Source of the DNA: Monocercomonoides exilis PA203
Taxonomy: Eukaryota; Protista; Preaxostyla
Length of the DNA stretch: 64,000 bases
Assembly (NCBI GenBank): GCA_001643675.2
Contig: LSRY02000047.1
Coordinates: 186,001 to 250,000 of the forward strand
Direction of reading: 5' to 3'
Of this stretch, positions 36,845-48,600 are shown in pieces; position 1 is the first letter of the stretch; each line of letters begins with the position of its first letter. The notes beneath the pieces were generated by a model that saw nothing but the letters and a program-made list of their open reading frames with translations, did not search any database and was not told the DNA's origin. The translations under genes and the position numbers were made by a program.

Positions 36845-38762
36845 ATGATTTCAGAAGTTGAAAATGCAGTTGAAGCTTTGGAAAAGCAGGAAATACCGGA
36901 AATATACAAATTTATTGTTGAAATGGACAAAAAAGAACTCAAATCTTATCTAACAATGAAAACTTTTAATAAATTCAACAAAATGATGGAAGAAAAATAT
37001 TCGGAGATAGAATGTATCATTTCTTTGTTGAGTTGCATTGGGTATTACAAAGTTTTGTTCGGAATTAAGAATTCTTGCTTTGAAGGTTCTTTGCTTTATA
37101 AAAGAATTGAAAATATGATATTGAAAGAAAACAACAACATAATTGCAACGAACGAACCATCTCTGATAAGCCTTTGTGAGTGTTATCTATCTATGTGCAA
37201 AAGTCATCTCGAAATGCCGGGTATTTTAATTTTAATTTGTGTTCCTCTCATTTTGAGAACTGCAATGAACAAAGAAAAAAACGAAAAAATTGGAAAAGAA
37301 GCGGAAATGTCTCTGGTTTCTTTGAGCAACATAAAGATGAGATTTGTTTGATTTATCTTTTTTTCTATTTATTAATTTTAATTTTTGATTTTTCTCATAG
37401 AAAATAGAAAAAGAATTATACATGAAAGATATCACCGAACTCATTAAATATCATCAAGAACATCATAACTTGACTCACCTTGCTTACCAATCCGCGTGGG
37501 AATTCTTAATATGGCAGACAAATGAAGACGAGAAAATGGCACATTTTGTTGAAAACGAATTGAATTTTCTGAGAGAAGCAATAAGAGAGTTAGAAGAATT
37601 AGAGGAAAGAGAAAATTGGATGAAAAGAGGAAAATTCTTGAAAGAAGTGACGGATGAAATTACTTTAACGAGATGGCTTGATACATTGGGCTATTATTTT
37701 TTTTTCTATGAATGGAAAGAGATAAAGTCACCCAACTTTTTTGAATGCATTGTTAGAATTCTGAGAAAAGTAAAGAAGTATCACAGAAAAGTGTTCAAAA
37801 GGTGCGTTTATGTTATCAGCCGAATTGCGAATCCAGTGTCATCAGACATTAGCTATTTGCTCAGAAGTGGGATTATTCGAATCATTATGGAGGAAATGCA
37901 GCAGCCAACTGTCAGAAGAGATTACTTGGAATGGTGCCTGAAGTACATCATTTCGCTCGTGAAAAGTGTGGACGAACCTTCGAACGATGCAAACGAAAGG
38001 GAAAAACGTAAAATGCAAAAGCATCAGATTCTCGATATTTTAGAGGAAGAAGGATACGAGAATGAGATTATCAGTGTTTATGAATCCATGGTCAAAACAT
38101 TCTATTTCTATTTTCCTATTCACCCCGCGGATATAATTAGCTTATTAGTTCAAAACCAGAATCTAACATTTTTGAATGATGAAACAATTACAGGCAGAAA
38201 TAATCCGTTCGAAGCCAATCCGTTCAAAACAGGTCAGCATTCAAGCCTTCAATTTGGAGCTATTCCACCTTCAGTCAATCAATTTCTGGTTCCTTCTGTT
38301 GAACTGAACCCGTTTGCAACGCAGGAAACTGCAAACCCATTTGTATCTGCAACAGATCCATTTGCATCTTCATCTAATTCAGAAAAGCCATGTTGTTGCT
38401 CATTTGTCTCTGCTCCTGATCCATTTGCACAATCTACAGGGCCATTTGCACCTTCAACAAACCCATTTGCGTCTTCTGCAAGTCCATTTGCGCCTTCAAC
38501 AGATCCTTTTGCACAATCTACAGGACCATTTGCACAATCTTCACAACCATTTTCACCTTCAACAAATCCATTTGCTCCAAATATTTATCCGTTCAATCCA
38601 GATGACATTCCAAAAAATCCATTTGTTTGCGTATATGAGTCTTCAAAACAATTTATCCAATGTGCTAATCCTTTTGATTTTTCTATTGATCCATTCACAA
38701 GAAACGAAAATCAATCTACACAAGCTGAAAATCAGTGTGCTTCAATCTTGAATCCATTTTAG
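36845..38762 (+). CDS. divergent 'YHQEHHNLT' family paralog 4 with a C-terminal NPF/DPF-repeat extension
   Basis: KEAEMSLVSLS / YHQEHHNLTHLAYQSAW / LEEEGYE family motifs; intron ~37345-37400; reads on ~200 aa past the usual family stop into xPF repeats. Confidence 0.85.
38330..38580 (+). repeat. ~21-nt coding minisatellite (7-aa xPF units)
   Basis: Recurrent CCATTTGC(A/G)..(TC)..CA units: TDPFAQS/TGPFAPS/TNPFASS/ASPFAPS/TDPFAQS/TGPFAQS. Confidence 0.8.
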
Positions 38763-39655
38763 ACTTCGGATAGCACTTTTTGTTCAAAGTTCACATTCTT
38801 TTCAAACCATCACATTAGCATTCATTCAATAAAGGAACTGCACACACATTTATTGCAAATTTTCAAAAAGATAGAATATTTCTGTGGAAATTGTTCGACA
38901 GAAATATTTTAGTTTCTTGAGCATGAAATTGCATCATTTATACTGCGAAATGAGAAATAAATTTTTTTTTCATTTTTTTTTCCTTTTTTCTATCTATCTA
39001 TCCGTCTATCTTTGTTTCTTTCTTTTTGTTTTTTGTTTTGAAAATTATGTTATGATTGTTGAATGAAAATATTTTTTGATTAGTATTTTTATTATAAATT
39101 TTGTTTTTTTATGAACAATTAAATTTTCTTTTATAAAATGTTAATTTTTGAAATTATTATAATTTTTCTCAATAAATTCTTGAAATGCGATTTCTGTTTG
39201 AAAACTCAAAATGAAATGCTATTTTGCTCTTCAAATGTTTGATTTTTTAACTAGAAGAAGAGCATGCTTAAATTTAGAGTTTTTGTGAATCTTTGTTTTT
39301 TGAATTAAGAAACAAAAAATTTTTTATTCTTCTTTTATTTATTTTTAATTCATTATGTTTGAAAATGGTTACTGGTTGATTAGAATGTTTTTTCAACAAG
39401 AATGCCAAAATCTTAATTCATTTCAAAAATCAAAAAAATTTAGAATATTTTGAAAAATGAAATACGAACAATTGAAATCAAATGTTAAAAAACAAAAAAT
39501 ATAGATAAAAATTTAAATTCAAAAACCGTGACACAATCTTTGCGAAATGCTAAAATTTCTTAAAAAAACAAAATTAAATAAAAAATAAAAATAAAAATAA
39601 AAATCAACACCAACAATCCACCAATCAAAATGCAAGTGCTAAGTTCCACAAGCAA

Positions 39656-42600
39656 TCACAATCCTCTTGCTTGCCTCAGCGTCTGCTCTGTTGTCTGCGC
39701 ACTGATCATGCTATCCCCATCCATCGTGTTGCACTCCCTCTGTGCAAACAGCAGCTTCGCCTTCAAGTCTGCCTCCGTCGCATAAATCGGCAAATCCAAC
39801 CGGAACCCGCATGTGCACGCATGCGGCAGCTCATTCGCACTCAGCGCCGAAGACAGGTTGATCCGCATGTTCACCCCTTTAAAGCCAGCATCATCCAGCG
39901 GAAGCGTGTCTCGACCCCACACAAACCGCAGGAACAGCCGCTTGTCCGCCAGGCTGAATGAGTTGATCACTCGCCAGAATGCCTCAGTGAACCACGCAGG
40001 TGCTCTTCTCCCTGTGAATGTGGAGTTTCTCCGCAGCAGCTCCACATCGAAGCCGTCTTCACCGCACGCCAGTCGCGACAGCTCGTACCAGTTCAGTATC
40101 ACCACCGACCTTCCAGGCACAACAGCCAGCAGCCCGTTTTGGATGGCGTTGCACTGCAGATCGAACTGCGACAGGACATACGACTCGGCCAAGGAAGCGA
40201 AGATGCCTGCATTCCCGCCGTAGACTGTGATGTTCTTCCCGTTCGGCACAAGATCCACAATTCTGTTGGCTGCATCGCGGATAGCAAAATACCCTTCATC
40301 TGTCGCATTCATCGCTGCAAGCTCAGCATCATATTCATCAATAAGAGCAGGATTCGACGAAAGGATCATCAGCTTCTGGTACTCCATCTCTTCCTCTTGA
40401 CGCTCTTCGTTCGCTTCGTCATCGTCACCCACAATCAAAGAGGAAGACGAAGATGATGCTTCTGAAGAAGAAGAAGAAGAAGCTGATAACGAAGAAGAGC
40501 TCAGTGAAATCGAATTTTTCTTCATCGCTTTTCTTTCTTCTCTCCTCTTCATCTTCCACTCTTCGTGCGACTTCCGCATCGTCTGAATCAGTTTCGCTGT
40601 CGACGAGTCAAACGCCATAATGTCCTCAAATCCGATGCTTTCACACACTATCTTCTTCCACACAATCGGTGCAAATCTCAGATTGAGTGGCGACTTCGCA
40701 TAAATCGCATGGCCCAGAAGTGCTCCAATGTAGCGATAGTGTGCCAGATCTGTCTCGCTCGTCTTCGTCGGATTCGGAACAACTGTCTCTGTGCCAACAC
40801 CTCTTCCTTCTCGTCCGTTTGGCGTCTTCACAAACAGGTTCGGCTGAGCTTTCAGCTTTTTCTTTGGCTTTTCTCCTTCTCCTCCTGAACTGCTACTGCT
40901 GCTGCTGTTTGACTTATCTTCTTTCTTCCCACTTTCACTATCTTTCTTCTCCTTCTCTTCCTCCTCCTCCTCCTCCTCTTCTTCTTCTCTCTCTGCCTCC
41001 TCCTCACTATCTTCACACGATTCATCATCGTCTCTCGTGTTCATCAGCTCCTTGCAAATATCTGAAAGTGCTTCATTATACGGCCCGCCTTGATCAATCG
41101 TGCCTTCTCCCTGGAAGAACACTGTGAACACTCTATCTGTGTTCCTGAACAGCGACAAGGGACGCTTCCCCATCTCCGCCCAGATCTGCCCAAACACCGT
41201 TTCCTTTGCATTGCGTGCGTTTCTGGCGAGATATCTGTTGATATGTACATCGCAGCTCCTCTTATTCGATCCAGCCGGAAGCGACTCCGCAAACAGACCA
41301 GAGCGAATAGCTGGAAACATCAACACATTGCTCGACGAGAGGGAAGATGTGATCAGCCCGCTCGTGAGCATCTCCGTCTGCGACTGCACAGTACTGCCCC
41401 GCTGCCTGCTCTTGCTCTTCCGCAGCGCCTCGAGCATCGCTGCCGACTGTGCGTCAGTCATTCCGTCGCGCACAACAGCTTCCTCCTGCTCTTCTTTGCT
41501 CGATGCATCACAAAGCACATCATCCACCATGAACGGCCGATAGAGTGTGCCCGGAAGTGTTGAGCAGCTCCATCCAATAGTGTCAGCAGACATTTCAATG
41601 TCACTTGCTCTGCCATTTGATCCCATCCCATCGCCGATCTTGTCTCCACCCATCCTTCTCCCATCACGTGATTGTCCACTCAACGGAGACGATGTCTTGA
41701 TACCCCATGCATTCAGCTCCTTGTTTGCTGATCGGATCAGACTGTCATACGAGCCGGCTATCAGCCACTCCCGCTGCTCCCACCCTTTGTTCAGCGCCAC
41801 AATGAAGATGAACCGCGCCTGCGCCAATGCAGGCGAAGAGGCAATGCGGTGGAGATACTGGCTCGGCCGCACATCCGACGTGAACACACAGCGCAGCAGG
41901 AACGACACAAACAGCGGCGTCTTCAGCAGCCACCGCCGCAGCGAGCCGACAAGCGGGCGCACGTAGTCCGTCTCTGAAGACGGGAACTTCCGCTTTTTGA
42001 TGAGGCGCTCGCGCCATTTGACGAATTCAGGGCGGAGCTCTGGATTGGGTTCGGATTCTGTGTCAGTGTCAGTGTCAGAGTCAGAATTGGGAGAGGAAGA
42101 GGAAGAGGAAGAAGAAGAAGATGATGATGAGGATGACATTGATGGCATAGCCATTCCAGGAGCGAATGAAGCATCCATCATATTCTTATTTGCTCTCTTC
42201 TTATTCTTCCTCTTATCCTTCCTTCTGGAAGAAGACGACTCAATCTCCTGCAACGATGAAGGATCGAAGCTGAAGGCTGACACAGCCAGTGAAGGGCACT
42301 TGTATCTCTTCTTCTTTGCGAGGAAGCTTGTTGGCTTAGAGTTACTACTGTTGTTATTGTTATTATTGTTACCGCTGCTGCTTCTGCTGCTATTGAGATC
42401 ACTTGTGCTTCTTTTGCCATCGATGTCTTCCTCGTCGTCGTCTGCCACATCCACCAGATATTCGCTTTCCTTTGGCCGGGCGAGCGAAAGCGGATGAGAA
42501 TGCGGCAGAGAGGAGAGGAAAGTGACTGAGGAAGATGGAATCAGGTCAGAGCACACAGTGATGAACTCATCCAGCTGGGAAGAAGAGGCTGACCACTCAT

Positions 42601-45600
42601 TCAGCATCCGGAGGAAGATCGGGTCGCGGTGCAAGGACTCGCGGAAGCTGAAGTGCTCTTCGCGAAGGAGACGCTCTTGCTCACTCAGAGAGAGGGGACG
42701 AGAGGATGAAGAGGAAGAGGAAGAGGAAGAGGAAGATAAAGATGATGAAGAAGAAGATTTGCGTCCTTCTGTTTTGACGACTGCATCTTTCTCTTCCGTT
42801 GCATGTGATTCTTTGTCATCCTCCTTCGTTTCAGCTTTCTCTTCCATCTTATTCTCTTCTTCTTTGTTTCCTTCTTCCATTCCCATTAAACCTTTGCTTC
42901 TGCCCTCTTCCTCTTCTTCTTCTTCTTCTTCTTCGCTTTCCTCTTCTTCGCTGTCAACCTCATATTCCCTCTCTTCCTTCACCACAACCGGATATCCATC
43001 AATAAGCCCAGATTCTCTTCTTCTCAGCTCATTTTCGCCCATCAACACCTCCCTCGACCAACAAATAGACTCTTCTTCCTTCGCATTCTTCTGGTTTCTG
43101 CTTTGAGACACAGCGAAATCATTGGATTTATCTGAAGTGTTTGAAGTTTGAGATGAAGATGATGAGCTGTTTTCGGATTCAAGAACAGCATTTTCCCCTG
43201 TTTCTCCTTCTTTTCTTTCTTTTTCTTCATCCTTTTCAATATCCTTCTTCTTCTCCTTCTCCTTCTCTTTCTCCTTCTCTTTCTCCTTCATTTCCCCGTA
43301 TATCCCCTTCGACTCGAAGATAAACCCAGATGTCCAATAAGAAGGCGAGACACCCGACGGAATCAGAGGGAACTGAAGCAGAGAAGGAGGAATTGCCACC
43401 CAAACAGGCACTTTCTCTGTCTTCTTCACAAAAATTTGTGGTTTGGATATTTCATTGATTGGTTTTGAATCTTGTTCTGTGGAGGCTGAAGAAGAAGAAG
43501 AGGAAGAAGAAGTAGATGAAGAAGTTGCTTCATCATCCTTATTTATGCATTTGCTTGGTGAACATGCTGTTAATCTATCGTCGTCTTCTTTCTCTTTCTC
43601 TTCATTTTCCATCTCTTTCTCTTCCTCTTTGCCTTCTGATGATTTCTTTTCGCTCTCCTTTTGTTCTTGTTTGGCTGCATCCTCACTTTCATCGTCCTTT
43701 TTCTTCTCTTTCTCTCCTTCTTCTTTCCTTTCTTCCTTCTTTTTCTCTTCTTTCTCTTTCTCTTTCTCTTTCTCCTTCTCTTCTTCTTCCACATCCACAT
43801 CCACAAATGTGCAACCCCACAATGGTGCAAACAGATGATTCTGAGGGTGTGAAGTCAAACACGTCGATGAAGAAAGAGGGTTTGCCACGTTTTTCGAGTG
43901 CGAATGAGGAAGCATCGAAACCATCGCAGCATCGCGGCAGGTGGGGCATCGGATGTAGAGATCGTCTCCATCTTCTGAGAGAGAAGAAGAGGAAGAAGAA
44001 GAAGATGATGAATTAGAAGAAGAATTCGAAGAAGAAGAAGAAGAAGAAGAACTTGAGGATAAAGCAGAAGATGTGCCGCTCTTCTTGTTCTTGTAGCAGC
44101 ATGTGCATATCATCCAGGGCCCCTCACGAATCTCTTCATCTGTCAGCGGCTTGAGAATAGGAGGTTGATTAGATGGAGAAGAAGAGTCAGAAGAGGAGGA
44201 GGAAGAAGAAGAAGAAAGAAGATGATTGTTGAGAAGATACGGATGCACACGATGGCAGTGGGAGCATCTGACTCTGTTGGCTTCATCGACTGTGGATGAA
44301 TCAGAAGAAGAGGAAGAACTTGAAGAAGAACTTGAAGAACTTGAAGAAGAAGAAGAAGATGTTGACGATGATGATCCAGATATTGTTCGAGAAAGCATTG
44401 AAGCCAAAGGAAATGTGGGAGGTCTAAGAAACGGATGGGGCATGTTGATTTCCATTTGAGAAGGTTCAAACGATGATGGCTGTGAAGACGTGTTTGCATT
44501 ATTGTTCTCAGAAGAGTCAGAAGATATTGAAGGAGTGGATGAATCAGAAGAAGAAGACGATGATGAAATCGAAGCAGAAGCAGCAGAAGAAGAAGCAGCA
44601 TTATTAGCAGAATCAATGATAAGCGATGGGTCATTTCCAGATGTTTCAACACATGCCACTCCATTATTCATCATCATCAACATCTCCTGCCTTCTCACCA
44701 TCTCTTCTTCTTGTCTTCTCTTTCTGATCACATTTTTCTCTTCGTTCGTCAGCTTCCTCACTGTTGGAATGGGAGAAAGCACTTCTTCTTCGCTGAAGAG
44801 CTCTTTCAGGCGGAGGCGCGTGTGCTGAGGGAGAGGACGCACAAACTCGACAAACATGCAGAATTTGTTGAGACTGGAGAGAGTTTAAAAAAATAGGAAT
44901 TTGTGAGTGTTGAATGAGAAGAAATAGAAAAAAAGAAAAAGAAAAAGAAAAAGAAAAAGAAAAAGAAAAGAAAAGAAAAGAAAAGAAAAGAAAAGAAAAG
45001 AAAAGAAAAGAAGAAAGAAAGAAAGAAAGAAAATGAATAGGAAAAGAAAAAATATGAATAAAATGAACGAAATCACATTTTCAACAAAATTTCATTCAAA
45101 AATAAATAAATAAATAAATAAATAAATACAAACACAAAACATTCAATGAAAATATGAATATATCAACATACTCAGTATCTTGTGGGTAATCATACACCCA
45201 CCCTTTCTTCACAAGCTTCCCTTCTCTTTCCAACTCTTCCTTTGCTTTTTCTTCCTCTTCGAAATATTCTTCTTCATTCTCTTCTCTTTCTCCTTCTCCT
45301 TCTTCCTCATCATAATCCTCTTTCTTCTCTTTCTCTTCATCCATTTCACTTTCATTTCCATTTCCATATCCCATCAACTCCAAACTCTTCCTCCTCCTCT
45401 CCTCTTCTCTCTCCCTTTTCATCCTCTCCTTCTTCTCTTTCTCTTTCTCCTTCTCCTTCTCCATCTTCATCCTCTTCCTCCTCATCTCCTCTCCTTCCAT
45501 CCATCTCTGTCTCCCATGCTTCTCAGACGCACACGCTGGACACACAAGCACTTTGCACCTCAAACAGAACCAAATAACAGGCGTTCTCTCTCCACACAAA

Positions 45601-48600
45601 GAGCACTTGTGAGTGAGAAGAGAAGGGGTGAATGAGGTCAAAGTGTAATGGAATGTGTCGCCAGCGATGTGGATGCCCCGCCAGAAGGGTGTGGTTGTGC
45701 TGCGGCGAGTGGCGACAAGGCGGAGGAGGGGTGCTTTGGGGGATGGTTTAAGTGAAGTGGAAGAAGAAGAAGAAGAATATGATGATGATGATGATGATGA
45801 AGAACAACTTGATGATGATGAAGGAGATGAGGAATTAGTTCTGCGCTGTGATGTTGATTGGGAAGAAGGCGGAGGAGAAATAGAAGACGAGCGACAAGAT
45901 GAAGATTTGTGTGCAACTGGGCAATGAAGACAGCTTTCGTCGCTATCTTTCACAGAAATGTTATTATTAAGTTCACTTTGGGAGTCAGCTTCCATTAAAC
46001 CTCCTGTTTTTACTGCTTCTCCTTCTCCTTTCTTCTCTTCTCTTTCTCCCCTCTTCTTTTCCATCTTCTCTATTTTCTCTATTTTCCCTTTCCTCTCCCC
46101 ATTCTCCTTCCCTCCCTTCGCATTCGTGAAGAAACACAGCAAATCCCCTGGAAGGATACCAGAATGGCCAAAGAACGAGATTCTGATGGCAGCAGCGCCT
46201 GGAATATGGACAGTGTGGTGGGTGATTAAGGAGTCCTGAGTGAAGGCAGGGGCGGAGGTAGACTCGAAGGGAGAGTGCATGGGAGAGGAGAGGCGACGGT
46301 GCTGCTTGACTGGGGTGTGAAGAGAAGAAGAAGAAGAAGAAGAAGATGAGGATGATGAAAAATCGGAAGGTGAATTGGAATTAAACACAGACAATGGTGT
46401 GCCAGAAGGAGAAGGAGAAGGAGAAAGATTTTTTTCATTGGCAGGTGTTGTTCTCAAATGAGGTGTGCTTCTGCTGCTTCCATTGCAATTGAAGGCATCA
46501 AATATGCGCTGATAGTAGCTGTGTGGCAAATGCAAGTCAACTCCACTCAATTTTGAATAATCAGAAGATTTGTCTGAAGGAGTATATAAAAGGGAAGAAG
46601 AAGAAGAAGAAGGAGAGGAAGAAGAAGGCGAAGATGCAGTTGTGAAATGAGGAGGAGGTGAAAGAGAAGAGAAAGGCGGTGGTGATCTGCCATAGGGAGA
46701 GTGCCGTAAATAAGCAGAACCTGGACGATGAAGATGTCTTTTTGCAGAAGAAGAAGAGGAAGAAGAAGAGACTCCTGGTGTATGTCTCACTGGAGTGGAA
46801 AGAGCAATAGCAGGTGATAGAGACGAATGCGTATGACCAAATGTCTGTGAAGAAGAAGACAAAGAAGAAGAAGAGGAAGGCGAAACCGGTGGGGAAGGTG
46901 TACGTAAGTAGCCAGAAGGAGAGGAAGGGTCGTATCCGCTCTCATATCCATCGTAGACGAGGGAAAGAGAGCTGTTTCTGTCAGAAGACGAAGGAGACAT
47001 AGAAGCTGCTATCAGTGCATCGACAAGGGCAGCCTGTGCAACATCTGAAGTGAGAGAAGAAAGAGAAGAAGAAGAAGATGATGATGACGATGACGATTCT
47101 GAAGAAGAAGAAGAAGAATTCGAATCCTTTCCCGCAGATCCGCTTGCAAGTGCAGACAGTTCGTGAGCATCCGGCATCACCAATCGGTGGTGTGTTTTGT
47201 ATTTCAGAGGGAAATCAGACGTCGCCAGCTGCTCAACAGTCGCCATAGCTGCAGACAAGATCGAGTTCTGTGTGTCGCTTTCGTGTTGGAAGGAAGAGGT
47301 GAGCGAGGTTGTTGGAGAAGAGAGGAGAGAAAGGCTTCTTTCGTTCTCAAGTTCTTCTCCTGCTTCCATATCTCCCCCTTCTTTTCTTTCTTTTCCTTTC
47401 CTTCCGCTCATCTTCCCCTTCTTCTTCCCCACTCCACCTGTTTTTATGTCTCTTCCTCCATAATTCGCACAAGCAAGTGACGTAGCCACATCAATCAGAT
47501 GAGCTGCATGTTCTTCTTCTTCTATTCTTTCCTCCAAACTTCTGCCCTTTCGATACCTTCTCCACATCTCTCTCTCTTTTCCTTTCCCTCTTCCTTTCCT
47601 TCTTTCTCCTTCTCCTTCTTCGCTTCCATTCTCTTTCTCCTTCTCACCTCTCTCTTCCTCTCCTTCCACCTTCACCCTCTTCACAGGTATATACTTCCCC
47701 CTCTCTGACCCAATAATCGCATCACCCTGATATGGATTCAGAACATAATGCAGATGATGAATTCTTTCTCCTCTTCTGCCTAACAACAAAGATAGCATCG
47801 TCTCATGTGCCGAAAACACATCCACAGCCGGCGAAGGCGGTGAAGAGAATGTCAAAAACGACGTTTCAGACGGGTTGTGGGAGAAAGATGTGAGCACGGA
47901 CACGATTTGGGCAGAGCTGAGAAGAGAGAGAAGAGGGGAGCAGTTAGCACCATGGGGGAGGAGAGGCATGGAGAAGGTGTTTGCGGGCACGAAGAGGTTT
48001 GAAGGGTATAGCTGCACAAATGGCTGGGTGCTGTCGAAGAGGGAGGAAGAGTTGAGTTTGCGGGAGGACAGAGGAGAAGAAGAGGAAGAGGAAGAAGAGG
48101 AGGAAGAAGAAACATCAGCAGCGTTGTTCATCTGCGGCGGGTGGAGCAGGTTCGGATGGTGTGTCTCAACTGCCTCTGGCAACTGCGCCTCGTTTTCTCT
48201 TCCTTCTCTTCCATCTCTCATCCTTCGAGCCCCTCCAAACTCTCTAACATGTCTTATAAACCCATTTATCAAATCCATATCCTGCTGCCCCCTCGCCCCC
48301 GACTCTGCCACCGATCCTAAATAGCTCAGTATCATAGACTGCATCCTTTCCACCATCGCCTCGTTAAACAAGTTCATAAACATAAACTCATCTTCACTGT
48401 CGCTCGGCTCCCACTCAGGTATCCCTCCTCCTCCTCCTCCTCCCTCGCTCTCTCTTTGCATCTCTTCTCTTTCAGACTCCCGTGGGTCTGTTGCCTCAGT
48501 CAATGAAGGTGCATGGCCGGAATCAAGAGAACTACTGGAGTTATTAGAATCACTTGAATTACTCGAATTTCCTGTATTACCAGAATTATTCGAATTACTT

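Noticed and set aside
38330-38580. CRISPR-like repeat-spacer array
   Set aside because: In-frame coding minisatellite without unique spacers; eukaryotic context and no cas genes.
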